Source of the DNA: a virus
Lineage: Duplodnaviria > Caudoviricetes
Strand: one strand, 5' to 3'
Virus record (IMG/VR): IMGVR_UViG_3300023184_000158
Span: 1-56,221 of that record
DNA: 56,221 nucleotides
The notes under the pieces: generated by a model
Database searches by the model: none
Told to the model about the DNA's origin: nothing
Seen by the model: the letters and a program-made list of their open reading frames with translations, nothing else
Program-made: the position numbers and the translations under genes
Shown here: positions 37,105-47,606 of the stretch, piece after piece
Layout: each line of letters opens with the position of its first letter
Position numbering within the stretch: position 1 is the first letter of the stretch

Positions 37105-38652
37105 TTATTGTAACGGTTTTACGATAAATGATACACCGGTTGCTTTGTATCTGTTCACTAGCTGATAGACAAGAGAGTACAATCGCGGCGAAATGGTTCC
37201 ATCTTCCTGATCCGGCTCGACGTATACGGTGAATGTTCCAATTCCTGTCAATGGGCCGAGCTTGTTCATGTTTCGTTCTTCGCTTGTTTCAAATGCAGAA
37301 CCAGGTGTGATTTGCGACCATAGCGAATATCCAACATCAAAATTGACTGGATTATTTAAAGAGCCAATGCTTTTTGTGGGAAATGAGCTTATCTCATATT
37401 CAGCTATGGATTCGGCAGTTCCCGAAATTCTGGATATGATAGTGGTTCCATCAGGCAGAACGGGATTCAATGACACATGAGTTGAAGCAACGGAAATCAT
37501 TGATTCGAAATCAATGGTCACGCCGTAGCCAACGGCATTGACATGGAGTATCTGATACCCATTATCACTAATTTTTGATATGTCTATGTATCCGGAAAAG
37601 CTTCCTTTTGTTCTCTCTGTTGGGGTTACCACAACGGTGTCGACATCGTAATAGTCATGATTATTTATGGAAGGGACTGTTGGAAGCAGTCCGGAAAAAG
37701 CCAGAATACTGCTAGTCGCCAGATGATGTCTTGAGTCTGGCAGGACTTTCCATATAGCTGGGGTCGTATCGACTCTGGGAGCAACGCATGTGTACCAGCG
37801 GCCAGAACTTTGCTGATAATACAGTTGCCCATAATAAGCGCCTTCTATCGAGGGGGCAACAATGCTTGAGTTATTCAGATCTTCAACAAATAGCAACTTT
37901 GAGTCTGATTGTGCTCCAGTAGTTGCATTTACCAAAAGAAAGGGAGCGCCTCCATCGACAACTCGTGCGCGACCATTCAATGCATTTTCAAGAATATCCG
38001 CGATGGCCCAGTTGTTCGTCTTGGGCATGATTGTTTCCCAAAGAAGTCTTCCGCGGTAATTTTCATCAAATCCAATCTCCGATGTGGCTCGTTGAATTCC
38101 CAAGACATCTCCCCAGTAGTTCAACCACTGTCCAGACGCCACTCGAAGGTCTGTTTGTCGCAATGCATTTTTTACAGACAGCTGATGCTCACGCAACGTA
38201 AGCATCAACGAGAAAATAAGCTGGTAATTGGGAGAGGTAAATTTTGGCCACAAAGTAATTGAGGTGTCAATTTCCAATGATCCCTCAAGAAGTATTGTTG
38301 AGAGAAGATCAAGACTGGTGGCAGAAGCGGCTTCATGCAAGGAAAAACTTATGCCACCTTGCGTATATCCAGAAGGATATTTTTGATTGAAATATTCCAC
38401 AAGATTTTTTATGGTCATTTTTCGCATGTCAATGTATTCAGGATCAATATAAGACACGCGAGGACTTACTGTCAATATTCCGTCTTGTATTGTCAATGTT
38501 ATGGTGTCATTTGCATTTGACAAGGCGGGAGCAAAGACACGTATTTCCAATAAGTTTTCTATCATGGCTTCTGCGGAAAAACCGGATGGCATTTCTGCAA
38601 AAAGACGCTCAGCTATGGTGGAGTTTTCAATGGGAAGTGCAGGAATTGTCAT
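37105..38652 (-). CDS. Baseplate wedge protein (P2 gpI-like)
   Basis: ASGQWLNYWGDVLGIQR...DENYRGRL; C-terminal LVNRYKATGV; directly after baseplate J. Confidence 0.72.
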   Translation of the reverse strand: MTIPALPIENSTIAERLFAEMPSGFSAEAMIENLLEIRVFAPALSNANDTITLTIQDGILTVSPRVSYIDPEYIDMRKMTIKNLVEYFNQKYPSGYTQGGISFSLHEAASATSLDLLSTILLEGSLEIDTSITLWPKFTSPNYQLIFSLMLTLREHQLSVKNALRQTDLRVASGQWLNYWGDVLGIQRATSEIGFDENYRGRLLWETIMPKTNNWAIADILENALNGRARVVDGGAPFLLVNATTGAQSDSKLLFVEDLNNSSIVAPSIEGAYYGQLYYQQSSGRWYTCVAPRVDTTPAIWKVLPDSRHHLATSSILAFSGLLPTVPSINNHDYYDVDTVVVTPTERTKGSFSGYIDISKISDNGYQILHVNAVGYGVTIDFESMISVASTHVSLNPVLPDGTTIISRISGTAESIAEYEISSFPTKSIGSLNNPVNFDVGYSLWSQITPGSAFETSEERNMNKLGPLTGIGTFTVYVEPDQEDGTISPRLYSLVYQLVNRYKATGVSFIVKPLQ

Positions 38653-38656
38653 TTTC

Positions 38657-41600
38657 TTATCTTATATTTATGGTATTTGCGCGAATCACAACGCCTTTGT
38701 TAGGCACATACACAGTATGGGCGGTTCCCAGTTCGTCAGAAGCCACAACATTTACTGCTGCCACGCCTGGAGTCTTCATGATTTCCCTGATTAATGAAGA
38801 AATCTGGAAAAATTTTCTTCCATCATTATAAAAAGAGTAATCCTGAGGAACAAGCACTCTTCCGTTGCGACTTACATATCGCGAAAGCGCAGGGATGAAA
38901 TCCTGTCTTGACTGATAATCCGGACTTGGATCCCAATAGTACGGCAAATCGCCATTGAATCCATACATTTTTTCTTTTGTCTGAATGGAATCATAGGTAG
39001 GAACAAGCCTAGTCGTTGCTGCTCCGTTTGTATATCCTGTTCCTCCATCATTGAGCTTGATGACAATGTTGGACGGCGCGTCTCCTATTTTGGGTACGAT
39101 TGCTCCCTCAGCACCGGGTGTGTCTACCAAAATTCCTCCGCTGGATACCCTGTCGACGGTAAATACTCCTCCCGATCCGCCTTCTTGGATAACTTCGATC
39201 CTGTCTCCCACCCTATAGTTTGCCGTTGTTGACAAAAACGTATTAACATTGACTATTGCTCCATTACTTGTTGTAAGACTTGGAAGGAATAAATTGGTGT
39301 TTGTTCTCTTTGGCTTGTACCAAACAAACTCCGTTGCCTGATCTCCCGAGTAATAGTATGTTGCCAAGAGCTGCCAGGCATTTGACGCAGATGACCACTT
39401 GAGAATTTCTGCGCCTATTACCGCCGGACCTGTAGTAGTCGAAGGAATACTCCATGTGATTTTTACCGGACGTGCTTTGGTAGTGAGCGTTGACGAAGCG
39501 ACGGATTTTGTTCCCATTGAATCAACCAGAACAACCTTGTATTGATTTGTTTCTGAAGAATCATAAATGTCTTCGTACAAAGCAGTCGCTAACGGGATAT
39601 CAAACCCATCTCCAATGTCCAAGCTGTTTATATATTTTTTGATATTTGCTTCCACATTGGCAGAAAGAGTGGCCACAGACCATCCCGAGTACAACGTGAG
39701 CTGCACGTCAAAATTGAAAAGCTTGAATTGCGACGGCTTTACGGAAACAGGAATTCCTGCAGATTTGTAGCCCGGGTAAATAATTCCGGTCGTGCCATCA
39801 ATATATCCGGAAATGACTTTTTCACAAGCAGTAATAAGCGCCGTGCTTACCTCTTGCGATGTTCCGTTGTGTATATACAAATCAACGATGTTGTTTGTTG
39901 ACTCAGAAACAAGTGCGCTTGTTACCGATTCGCTTACATATCCCTTGGTATCAGAAATGAATGTTGTTTTTGCGCCCTCTTGTATGGATTCCCTTGTGCC
40001 CCGTGCAAGTTTTTTCAGATAACTGGAAAATCTCATTTTCCATTCTGTTTCCGATTCCGGATCGTATCCGTATTGTATTTCTCCTGTATTGTTTCCTGAT
40101 GCTATTCCGTACACATTTGTCACAAGTTCAGTTACGGTATTTGCTCCGGTGTTTCCAAAATTTCCAGATATTTCTGATTCAACATGAACAAGAGATTCGT
40201 TCTGCGTTGATGATAGCACTGATGTTTCGGTAGTTCTGTATCGTTTTGTGGTGCCGGGAACGCCTATTTGTGTGCCATATGGAATGGTAATTGATCCCGT
40301 TATTGCCTGAGCCGTACTTGAGGTTGGCAACGTGGAGATTGCCCGGTAGTCAGAAGTAATATCCAATGACTGTCTCCCATTATCTACATAGGTAAAATAA
40401 TTGGTATTTGGAGTCATTGTCAAGTTTGTCTTTTCTATGGTGTTTACGCGCTCAACAAATGGCCACAAGGAATCCTGCGCCGTACTGGCATAGAATTCCG
40501 TCAAGACATTATTTGTATCATCCGGATTCAATGATGGGCCTGAAATTGCGTGTCTCATGGGAAAGACTTTTGTGGGCCAGTATGTCCCGCTTCCGGATGC
40601 GCTTGTATTATTATCCCTGAATAGTATTACAGGCTTTTCAGAAAGCACATAATCTTCGCTTGCGTCCATCGGAACCCAATACAATGAGTTATTGTCCGAG
40701 ATGGTTTGCGATCCTGAAGAAGATCCGCTTAGTACTGAATAATACTTTTCTGGCGCAACAACATAGATTGAGCCAGAGGAAAGCTGCTCCACATTTCCTG
40801 ACTGCCTATTAATTTCGTAGGTATTCGATAGCTTTCTTAGCGGTGAGGGGTCCAAAGTAAGGTCTTGTTCTCCGGAGAGAAAAGACATGAGATTTGTGGA
40901 CATGGAATGAAAAAGCAATTGTCCAGCTACGGGTTTTGGTGTCGCCGTTTCGTAGGTGCTTGCGGTCAAGACCGTGTTGGTGGATAGCGCTACGCTGGCA
41001 GTGGCAGTTCCCACCACTCCGGAGACAGCAGAGTACGAAGATGATGCATAGCCGAGAACATATGTTCCCATTCCGCCATTGGAGGTTGCGGTGTAGGTAA
41101 TTACAATGTTTTTGATACTGCCGACAGTGTTTGTCGCCGTTGATGATGAACACTGGACAACGAAGGATGTGGCTGTCTTGCTGATGACCGTCCCTGTTGG
41201 AGCAGTTCCTGGGGACGATGCCGAGGTGTCCGACTCTGCCGAGAATACCGCCTGTCCTGCAGTCACATCAAAATACAGTCCGGCTGTAGACGGAAGTGTC
41301 ACGGTATATTGCTTTGCCGAACCGACGGTGCTTATCAATCCCACTGTTCCTGTTGCCGTTCCACCAGTTGTGATTGGGGCTGTGGGCGTAAATGTCAATA
41401 TTTTGTTAGACTGACTTAAAACATACACCGGCGCCGTTGTTGTGGATACCGACAAACGATGTCCGGGCACTATCGTTCCGGTTGTCATTCCAGTCACCTT
41501 CAATTCGGAACCAGCTATGAATCCCGATAGCGTTGCTTGATGAATAGTGCCTGTAAGGATGTTCTCTGAAATGCGTAGGTACCGAAGGTCATTTTTGGGA

Positions 41601-44600
41601 ATAATATCTGATGCACGTCGCACGTTGTAAGTAATTCCTTGTGTCCCGCCACGCGAAGATCGAACCTTGATGAGTGCAGCAAGACTCGTTGTTTGACGAT
41701 ATCGTGGCGGAAGAGTGGTGACAAACGTAGCAGACAGCGTTGCAGGATAGGAGCTTGTCTCTACATAGTTGCCTGTTGTTGCAAAATCATCAATGTAGCC
41801 AGTGCGTACTCCGTTAGTGGTTACTCCGCCAGTGCTTGTTGTCGCGCTTGTTACGCGGATGCTTCTTTGTGCAAAGGAAATCGATTGTATGCTTCTTATT
41901 TCCGTGGAATTAGCTGATGTGTCTGAGGAGGCATTGCTGGGAACAGAAACAGTCACTGTTGTGTCGGTGATAGTCAATACCGTGCAGGCACCACTCAACA
42001 CGACGTTATTTGTTGAAGCATAGACAAATGTCAGAGGATCGGTTAGGGTGAAATTATCTGTGTATCCTGCAGGTAATGTAATGGTTGCTATATTACTGGC
42101 TACAACAAATGAGAATGGTCCGGTAATTGTACGCGTTGTTGGTATCGAAAAAAGATGTACCCCTGAGGCCCACGCTGTTGGAGAACCATCTAGTGAACGA
42201 TAAACGTGTGAGGCGGTTGCTCCAGCAGGAATTGCCCATGTCAGGCGACCTATGGTGGTTGCCTGAACAGAGGTGCTTGGCAAGGATTCCCTTCCGTCCG
42301 CGTTGGAAAATGTTACCTTGTAATTTCTTGACGGTGTAAGTGCAGTGTTTGCAGTTGATAAGAAAGTCGGAGTCTGTGACGCATTGATTCCACTGTATGC
42401 AGATAACGTATATCCTGATCCACCATCTACAACGGAAACAGTTGCGGCACTTCCACTAATTACCGAATCCACCCTGAGCTTTGCCAATGTTCCAGGTGTC
42501 TCATGCACTTCCTTGTTGACCGTAATGATGTCCCCCTCCTTGATGGATGTTCCCCCAAGTCCAGAAGGGATAACTGCAGAACTAATTGCGCCGTTTACAA
42601 CGGTAAGATCCAGACTTGCAGAAGTCACCGTTGCAGGTGAAGAAAGAACGGGACTCGATGTTGATCCTGAGTACGAGCCATCTTGCGATACCACATACGC
42701 GAATTGATCACTATCACAAAGTGCTCCTGATTCTTTACCGACGGAATAAGTCAATACATCATGAGCGGAAAAGTTCGCCGTTGTCTTTTCGTTGACACGT
42801 AAGTCATATATTGTGCCGCCACTTGCAATATCCGCATCAACGCCGCCCGTTGAAACAAGATTCAGCAAAACTTCGTTTGTGGATGGCAATGTAGACACAC
42901 TAGTCGTGTACGATCCGCTACTCAGTACGGATACCGTGAACGCGGCACCGGAAACACGTACATCATTTACAGCCCCTCCTCCGCACGACATTGTCAAGAT
43001 GTTGCTTCCAACAACCATTGTCGATGCAGCAATAGTGATTACATATGTCCCATCACTAGATACTGAGGATGAATAGATTACCGCATCGGAAGATACAGAT
43101 GTTTTTGCAATTGCCGGAGTAATTGATGCTGCCGCGCTGGTAAGCGAGATCCTATTGCCGGGTATCCATTTTTCAGGAGTCAGCGTAAGTCCGGATATTT
43201 GCAGATACGTAACAGTTCCGATTCCTGTCACCAAAACAGGCGCAATAGTGAGATTTGAGATCGTTTCCAGTAAAACGGACGTTACTTGCACGGTTCCGCG
43301 AGTGGTGCCAGTGCCTACAGTGCCTACATACGCAACGTCTCCTGCCCAGTAATTAGAACCACCGCTGATCACGGTTATCGCGCTGGGCAGGGAGTAGCCT
43401 GTTGTTGTTATTGTTGTTCCGATTAAGGTTGTTATTGGTACCATCGTCCCCGCAAGTGTCATTCCGGACCCAAGTGTGTGATATCCATAACCCACATCCA
43501 ATATGGTCAGGCTAGGGCTAGGTGTTGATCCGCTGTAAGTAAGTCTTGCCAAGGCGGTTCGATTATAATAGGAAATACCATTGGCAATATACGGCTGCTC
43601 AATAAACCAGAGCGAGGAGTAATTCGAGCTAGTATTGTACCCGGAAGCTTCGGATGTTTTAATATTCGCAGGAAGAATATTCAGAATACCTGTTGCAAGC
43701 TCCGTCAACGTAATTGCGGATATCTTGAGCCCAGTTCCCGCCTGGAAAATGACTTCATCATTCGTGGTTGTCTTTTTCCATCGATAGATACGGTATGAGG
43801 ACATGCCGGATGGCCGGGAGATAGCAAGTGCGGTGGACTTCTGTGGTGATTCGTTTCCTTTCGGCAAAGAAATTGGCTGTTCCACTATCGCGCTTATGCC
43901 ACTTTCCGCCTCATGATTCTCTCCCAAATTTGCTATGGAAGTAACCGCATAAAAATACGTCTTGCCATAATCAAGGTTGCCGCCGCCGCTTAAGCTGATC
44001 GATTCAATCACAGGAGTTGCAGGAGCAGAAAGCGTAATTGGGATGGTCTTTTCGGAAGTTGTGAAATTATTCGATGTTCCCCGATACACCGTATATCCAG
44101 TAGCATCAGTCACTTGTAGCCATTTCAACTGTATTGTTTTTTGCAAGTTTGAATTTACCGTGACAGCAAACTGATCGCTAGGTGGACTAGATATCAATGA
44201 TGACTTATCGGCAGTGATGCTGTAATAATATGTTGACAGCGAAAGGGATTGATTCTTGAATCTGTCAATTGTTTTTGCTTGTATATCAAACGGAGTACCG
44301 AGTGCGCTTCGAAAGATCTTGTAATAATTCGCTGATGCAATGCCGGGAAAAGTAATTTCCGCGCATTGCAAACCTGTTTTTCCAATTTTTATTGACAGCG
44401 GAGTTGCTCCGACACTTCGCGGAGTGGCGGGGACGAGTGTCGGATCTTCCTCATAGGAAACAACGCTAAAGTAGTATTGGCCGACATACGAATTCAGCAT
44501 CGGTAATGTCGATGGGGTTTTTGCAGTCAACAACGATGATGATCCCGAAAGCTGCAGGCTTACATACGAAGCAATATTTGTGCTTATCAGTGAGGGATCA

Positions 44601-45154
44601 ACCGACGCGCGATAGATTCGATATCCAGAATAGCCATCTTGTGACGCCCAACGAAGCAAAGCGGAAGAATTTTTTGCGCTGATTGAGTTTATTTTCAGTC
44701 GCGCAGTCGAAGCACTCTCTCTTGAGGACGCAGATCCTGTCGATGCAACATATCCCGATACTCCATAATAATAATTCCGATTGGTCGGCAAAACACCGTC
44801 TTTTTCTGGTGATTCAAAAAATGTCAATCCTGCAGTTTGTGATGGCTGATCAGCGTTCAGCTCTATCGGCGAAACGAGCATTTTTCGGTAGAACGTGTAA
44901 TATCCATTTGCTCTGGTCGCTTGAAGAAGTGGAAAATTGAATGATTGCTTGATTGATGTAACGATTGATTCTGCAAGTCCTTCTGAAAAAGCGACATTAT
45001 CGTTGTACAGCTCCTTGGCAAGGGCCTCGGAAAGGGATCGAATAATGGATCCTTCTGAAAAATCAGTAAGAAATCCAGTATGTCCGAGGAAATATCCTAC
45101 CAATCTCCCAACGATGTCTTGCTGTCTAGAAAGACGAAATGTTTCAACCATCAC
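38657..45154 (-). CDS. Baseplate J-like wedge protein with very large insertion (2165 aa)
   Basis: N-terminal TDFSEGSIIRSLSEA...SFNFPLLQATRANG; C-terminal ITIPYGT...GNTGANT...GYDPESETEWKMRF...LARGT...YKSAGI. Confidence 0.8.
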   Translation of the reverse strand: MMVETFRLSRQQDIVGRLVGYFLGHTGFLTDFSEGSIIRSLSEALAKELYNDNVAFSEGLAESIVTSIKQSFNFPLLQATRANGYYTFYRKMLVSPIELNADQPSQTAGLTFFESPEKDGVLPTNRNYYYGVSGYVASTGSASSRESASTARLKINSISAKNSSALLRWASQDGYSGYRIYRASVDPSLISTNIASYVSLQLSGSSSLLTAKTPSTLPMLNSYVGQYYFSVVSYEEDPTLVPATPRSVGATPLSIKIGKTGLQCAEITFPGIASANYYKIFRSALGTPFDIQAKTIDRFKNQSLSLSTYYYSITADKSSLISSPPSDQFAVTVNSNLQKTIQLKWLQVTDATGYTVYRGTSNNFTTSEKTIPITLSAPATPVIESISLSGGGNLDYGKTYFYAVTSIANLGENHEAESGISAIVEQPISLPKGNESPQKSTALAISRPSGMSSYRIYRWKKTTTNDEVIFQAGTGLKISAITLTELATGILNILPANIKTSEASGYNTSSNYSSLWFIEQPYIANGISYYNRTALARLTYSGSTPSPSLTILDVGYGYHTLGSGMTLAGTMVPITTLIGTTITTTGYSLPSAITVISGGSNYWAGDVAYVGTVGTGTTRGTVQVTSVLLETISNLTIAPVLVTGIGTVTYLQISGLTLTPEKWIPGNRISLTSAAASITPAIAKTSVSSDAVIYSSSVSSDGTYVITIAASTMVVGSNILTMSCGGGAVNDVRVSGAAFTVSVLSSGSYTTSVSTLPSTNEVLLNLVSTGGVDADIASGGTIYDLRVNEKTTANFSAHDVLTYSVGKESGALCDSDQFAYVVSQDGSYSGSTSSPVLSSPATVTSASLDLTVVNGAISSAVIPSGLGGTSIKEGDIITVNKEVHETPGTLAKLRVDSVISGSAATVSVVDGGSGYTLSAYSGINASQTPTFLSTANTALTPSRNYKVTFSNADGRESLPSTSVQATTIGRLTWAIPAGATASHVYRSLDGSPTAWASGVHLFSIPTTRTITGPFSFVVASNIATITLPAGYTDNFTLTDPLTFVYASTNNVVLSGACTVLTITDTTVTVSVPSNASSDTSANSTEIRSIQSISFAQRSIRVTSATTSTGGVTTNGVRTGYIDDFATTGNYVETSSYPATLSATFVTTLPPRYRQTTSLAALIKVRSSRGGTQGITYNVRRASDIIPKNDLRYLRISENILTGTIHQATLSGFIAGSELKVTGMTTGTIVPGHRLSVSTTTAPVYVLSQSNKILTFTPTAPITTGGTATGTVGLISTVGSAKQYTVTLPSTAGLYFDVTAGQAVFSAESDTSASSPGTAPTGTVISKTATSFVVQCSSSTATNTVGSIKNIVITYTATSNGGMGTYVLGYASSSYSAVSGVVGTATASVALSTNTVLTASTYETATPKPVAGQLLFHSMSTNLMSFLSGEQDLTLDPSPLRKLSNTYEINRQSGNVEQLSSGSIYVVAPEKYYSVLSGSSSGSQTISDNNSLYWVPMDASEDYVLSEKPVILFRDNNTSASGSGTYWPTKVFPMRHAISGPSLNPDDTNNVLTEFYASTAQDSLWPFVERVNTIEKTNLTMTPNTNYFTYVDNGRQSLDITSDYRAISTLPTSSTAQAITGSITIPYGTQIGVPGTTKRYRTTETSVLSSTQNESLVHVESEISGNFGNTGANTVTELVTNVYGIASGNNTGEIQYGYDPESETEWKMRFSSYLKKLARGTRESIQEGAKTTFISDTKGYVSESVTSALVSESTNNIVDLYIHNGTSQEVSTALITACEKVISGYIDGTTGIIYPGYKSAGIPVSVKPSQFKLFNFDVQLTLYSGWSVATLSANVEANIKKYINSLDIGDGFDIPLATALYEDIYDSSETNQYKVVLVDSMGTKSVASSTLTTKARPVKITWSIPSTTTGPAVIGAEILKWSSASNAWQLLATYYYSGDQATEFVWYKPKRTNTNLFLPSLTTSNGAIVNVNTFLSTTANYRVGDRIEVIQEGGSGGVFTVDRVSSGGILVDTPGAEGAIVPKIGDAPSNIVIKLNDGGTGYTNGAATTRLVPTYDSIQTKEKMYGFNGDLPYYWDPSPDYQSRQDFIPALSRYVSRNGRVLVPQDYSFYNDGRKFFQISSLIREIMKTPGVAAVNVVASDELGTAHTVYVPNKGVVIRANTINIR

Positions 45155-45164
45155 AAAATCCTTT

Positions 45165-47039
45165 TTATATATTTATTTGGATTGGCGTCACGCCAATAAC
45201 GGTTCCTGTTTCGGAAAGTTTTATTGTAAGGTTGTTTACCAAGATAGCTGCCACATTTTTGTCATACGAAACTTGGATGGAATCTATGGAAAATACTCGC
45301 GGATCTTCAAGTATTGTCTGCGTTATTCCGGTTTGTACATCATTGAGCATGGAGAGCGAGTATTTTGATCCGACGGAATTTGCAGCAAGGTTTCCAAATC
45401 CAGGTTGCGTTGATAGTGATTTGTATGGTGTTTGCAATCTATTATACAGTGCTTGAACAACATTGTACCTACCGTATACCGCCTTTATGTCAGTGCCGCT
45501 TCCACCCGCAAATGAAATCTGCCCAGATTTATCAAGGAAGATATCCTTTCCCCAAACGTCCGTGGGATCGTCCTTGTATAGTGAGCGCTGCAAAGCGGCA
45601 TTTGTTCCATTTACATTCGGAACCAAAATAATGTCTCCGGTTTTCAATACCCTGCTTACGGAAAACTCAGGATTATCATGAAAGGAAATTTCTGTTCCCG
45701 CAACATAGAAATTGGTAATCCCCTTGTATGCGGTTCCAATCGCAGGAGGACTCGTGTCATTCACAAACACAAAGCCGGTATCTGACTCTTCAATTGATTC
45801 ACTTGGCGATGTCAATACTGTTGACAGTCTTTTCAGCGAATTACTGGATGTGCCAATGTACACCGCCACACCTTTGACGCCATCTGGCCAGACTGAAGGA
45901 GCGTGAAACACCATGAATTCGTTTGAAGAAAATAATGTTGACGCTGCATTGTACGAAGATGGGGAATATGTGATGGATCGCACATACCCCGCCACTGGCG
46001 GGTTTGCAGCAAGCGCGGTCACGTCCGGATTTGTTACGGCAACCGTGACGTACGTATCATTCAGTTTGCGTATCCTCGCTGTTCCTGCGCCTATCTTGCC
46101 TGTTAATCTGGGCAACTCGACGGCTGATGCCGATACAAGTGTTGTCTGCAAACCATTGATATCATCAAGTCCATCCATCGATTGTGGGTAGAGGTCGTAT
46201 GTATATTCAATCAACGCTCCTTGATCAGACAATCGTTGCTGCACATTCCTGATTTCCGCAAAAGGAAGTGAGTTTGCATACTCTGATGTAAATGGAGAGG
46301 CTACTGATTCATGTAGCACTGTTTCGGTGGAATTGTTTCCTATCCATGTGTATTTTACATAATACCTTGCAGCTGTTGGTCCGGGTGAATTTCTCATTCT
46401 TGAAGAAGAAATTTCGCCAAAACGCTCGTATGAGATAGTGGTCCACGTGCCGGGTGCTCCTGCGGTAACGCACATCCACGGCACATTGATGATATCCATG
46501 AGCAGATCACCCGCATTGTAGTATGTTGTTTCTGGACCAGATCCATTTTCTGACCATATGCCATTGAAATAGACCTTGCGCTTGATCAACCCCGCTGAAA
46601 TTGCATCATTGACCGGATTGTCAACCAAGACGGTATCAAACTCAACGGTTCCTTTGGGGAATACTTCTCCAAAAGCATTGATATCCCTGAATTGATGGAA
46701 TCTTTTTATTTTTATTGTATCGTGAGCAGTGTCACCATTGAGGAGGTATTTCCTGATATACAGTATTGCTCCGGGGGCAAGCACGTGCCGAGGTATTTTT
46801 CCGGAAATGATGTCATCATAATTGAATGATAGTCTTGTGCTGCCCACGGGAAGATCGGTCGGGATAGGAATACGCGCTCTTTCGGGATTAAGCTGATCAT
46901 AGGCGTCATCAGAAATGAATGGAGCCCGGAGAGCATTGATCGAGGCAAGTTGTACCCACAATGATGCTGATCCAAGATATTTATCGGCAAGCGACGCCAA
47001 TGTATCAAGAGAACTTAACGTGTGGCTGATGTATGCCAT
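45165..47039 (-). CDS. LysM-like plus gp25/GPW-like baseplate protein with insertion
   Basis: N-terminal DTLASLADKYLGSASLWVQLASIN; C-terminal GRYNVVQALYNRLQTP...PGFG...TILEDPRV. Confidence 0.72.
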   Translation of the reverse strand: MAYISHTLSSLDTLASLADKYLGSASLWVQLASINALRAPFISDDAYDQLNPERARIPIPTDLPVGSTRLSFNYDDIISGKIPRHVLAPGAILYIRKYLLNGDTAHDTIKIKRFHQFRDINAFGEVFPKGTVEFDTVLVDNPVNDAISAGLIKRKVYFNGIWSENGSGPETTYYNAGDLLMDIINVPWMCVTAGAPGTWTTISYERFGEISSSRMRNSPGPTAARYYVKYTWIGNNSTETVLHESVASPFTSEYANSLPFAEIRNVQQRLSDQGALIEYTYDLYPQSMDGLDDINGLQTTLVSASAVELPRLTGKIGAGTARIRKLNDTYVTVAVTNPDVTALAANPPVAGYVRSITYSPSSYNAASTLFSSNEFMVFHAPSVWPDGVKGVAVYIGTSSNSLKRLSTVLTSPSESIEESDTGFVFVNDTSPPAIGTAYKGITNFYVAGTEISFHDNPEFSVSRVLKTGDIILVPNVNGTNAALQRSLYKDDPTDVWGKDIFLDKSGQISFAGGSGTDIKAVYGRYNVVQALYNRLQTPYKSLSTQPGFGNLAANSVGSKYSLSMLNDVQTGITQTILEDPRVFSIDSIQVSYDKNVAAILVNNLTIKLSETGTVIGVTPIQINI

Positions 47040-47587
47040 TATCGTATCCGCTCAACAACAATGCTGTTCAAGAGTGTTTTAAGTGCATCTCTTATTTCAA
47101 ATGGAGGGCGGTCATGTCCAACATAGAAATTGTCGCTGACAATATCCCATTTTGCAAGCTTGTCCATGATTGGGGCGGCAGCAGCGTTTACGGAAAGATC
47201 CATGCCACCCTTTTGTCCGTTGTAATATTTTGCTTGATTTACCGTCAATGACATGTAAAAACCAACGAGAACGCAATTCTCATGAATCTTGGCAAAGAAA
47301 TTATGCGCCAGCTGATTTCCTTGATCTTGTCCAAATAATTCATTTTCCAGATAAGACAGGCATTTTGATAGTACATCACAGATTGCTCGTGATTGATTGC
47401 GAAATGATGGAGTCTGCACATCAATAAATCTCTTGTTGTCATCAAGAAATTTTGAAATTTTTTCCAATTCTGGGTACTCATCAAGAAGCTTCAGAACATT
47501 AGGATCCATTTTGCTTCTGTAATCAATGTATTGAGATATCTGGACATTCTTTAATTCGTAGGGAACGACAGACACTTGTAGAGGCAT
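47039..47587 (-). CDS. Hypothetical protein in the baseplate cluster
   Basis: GAAAGGAG RBS; TAATG coupling. Confidence 0.65.
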   Translation of the reverse strand: MPLQVSVVPYELKNVQISQYIDYRSKMDPNVLKLLDEYPELEKISKFLDDNKRFIDVQTPSFRNQSRAICDVLSKCLSYLENELFGQDQGNQLAHNFFAKIHENCVLVGFYMSLTVNQAKYYNGQKGGMDLSVNAAAAPIMDKLAKWDIVSDNFYVGHDRPPFEIRDALKTLLNSIVVERIR

Positions 47588-47606
47588 AATGACTCCTTTC
47601 TTGCTG

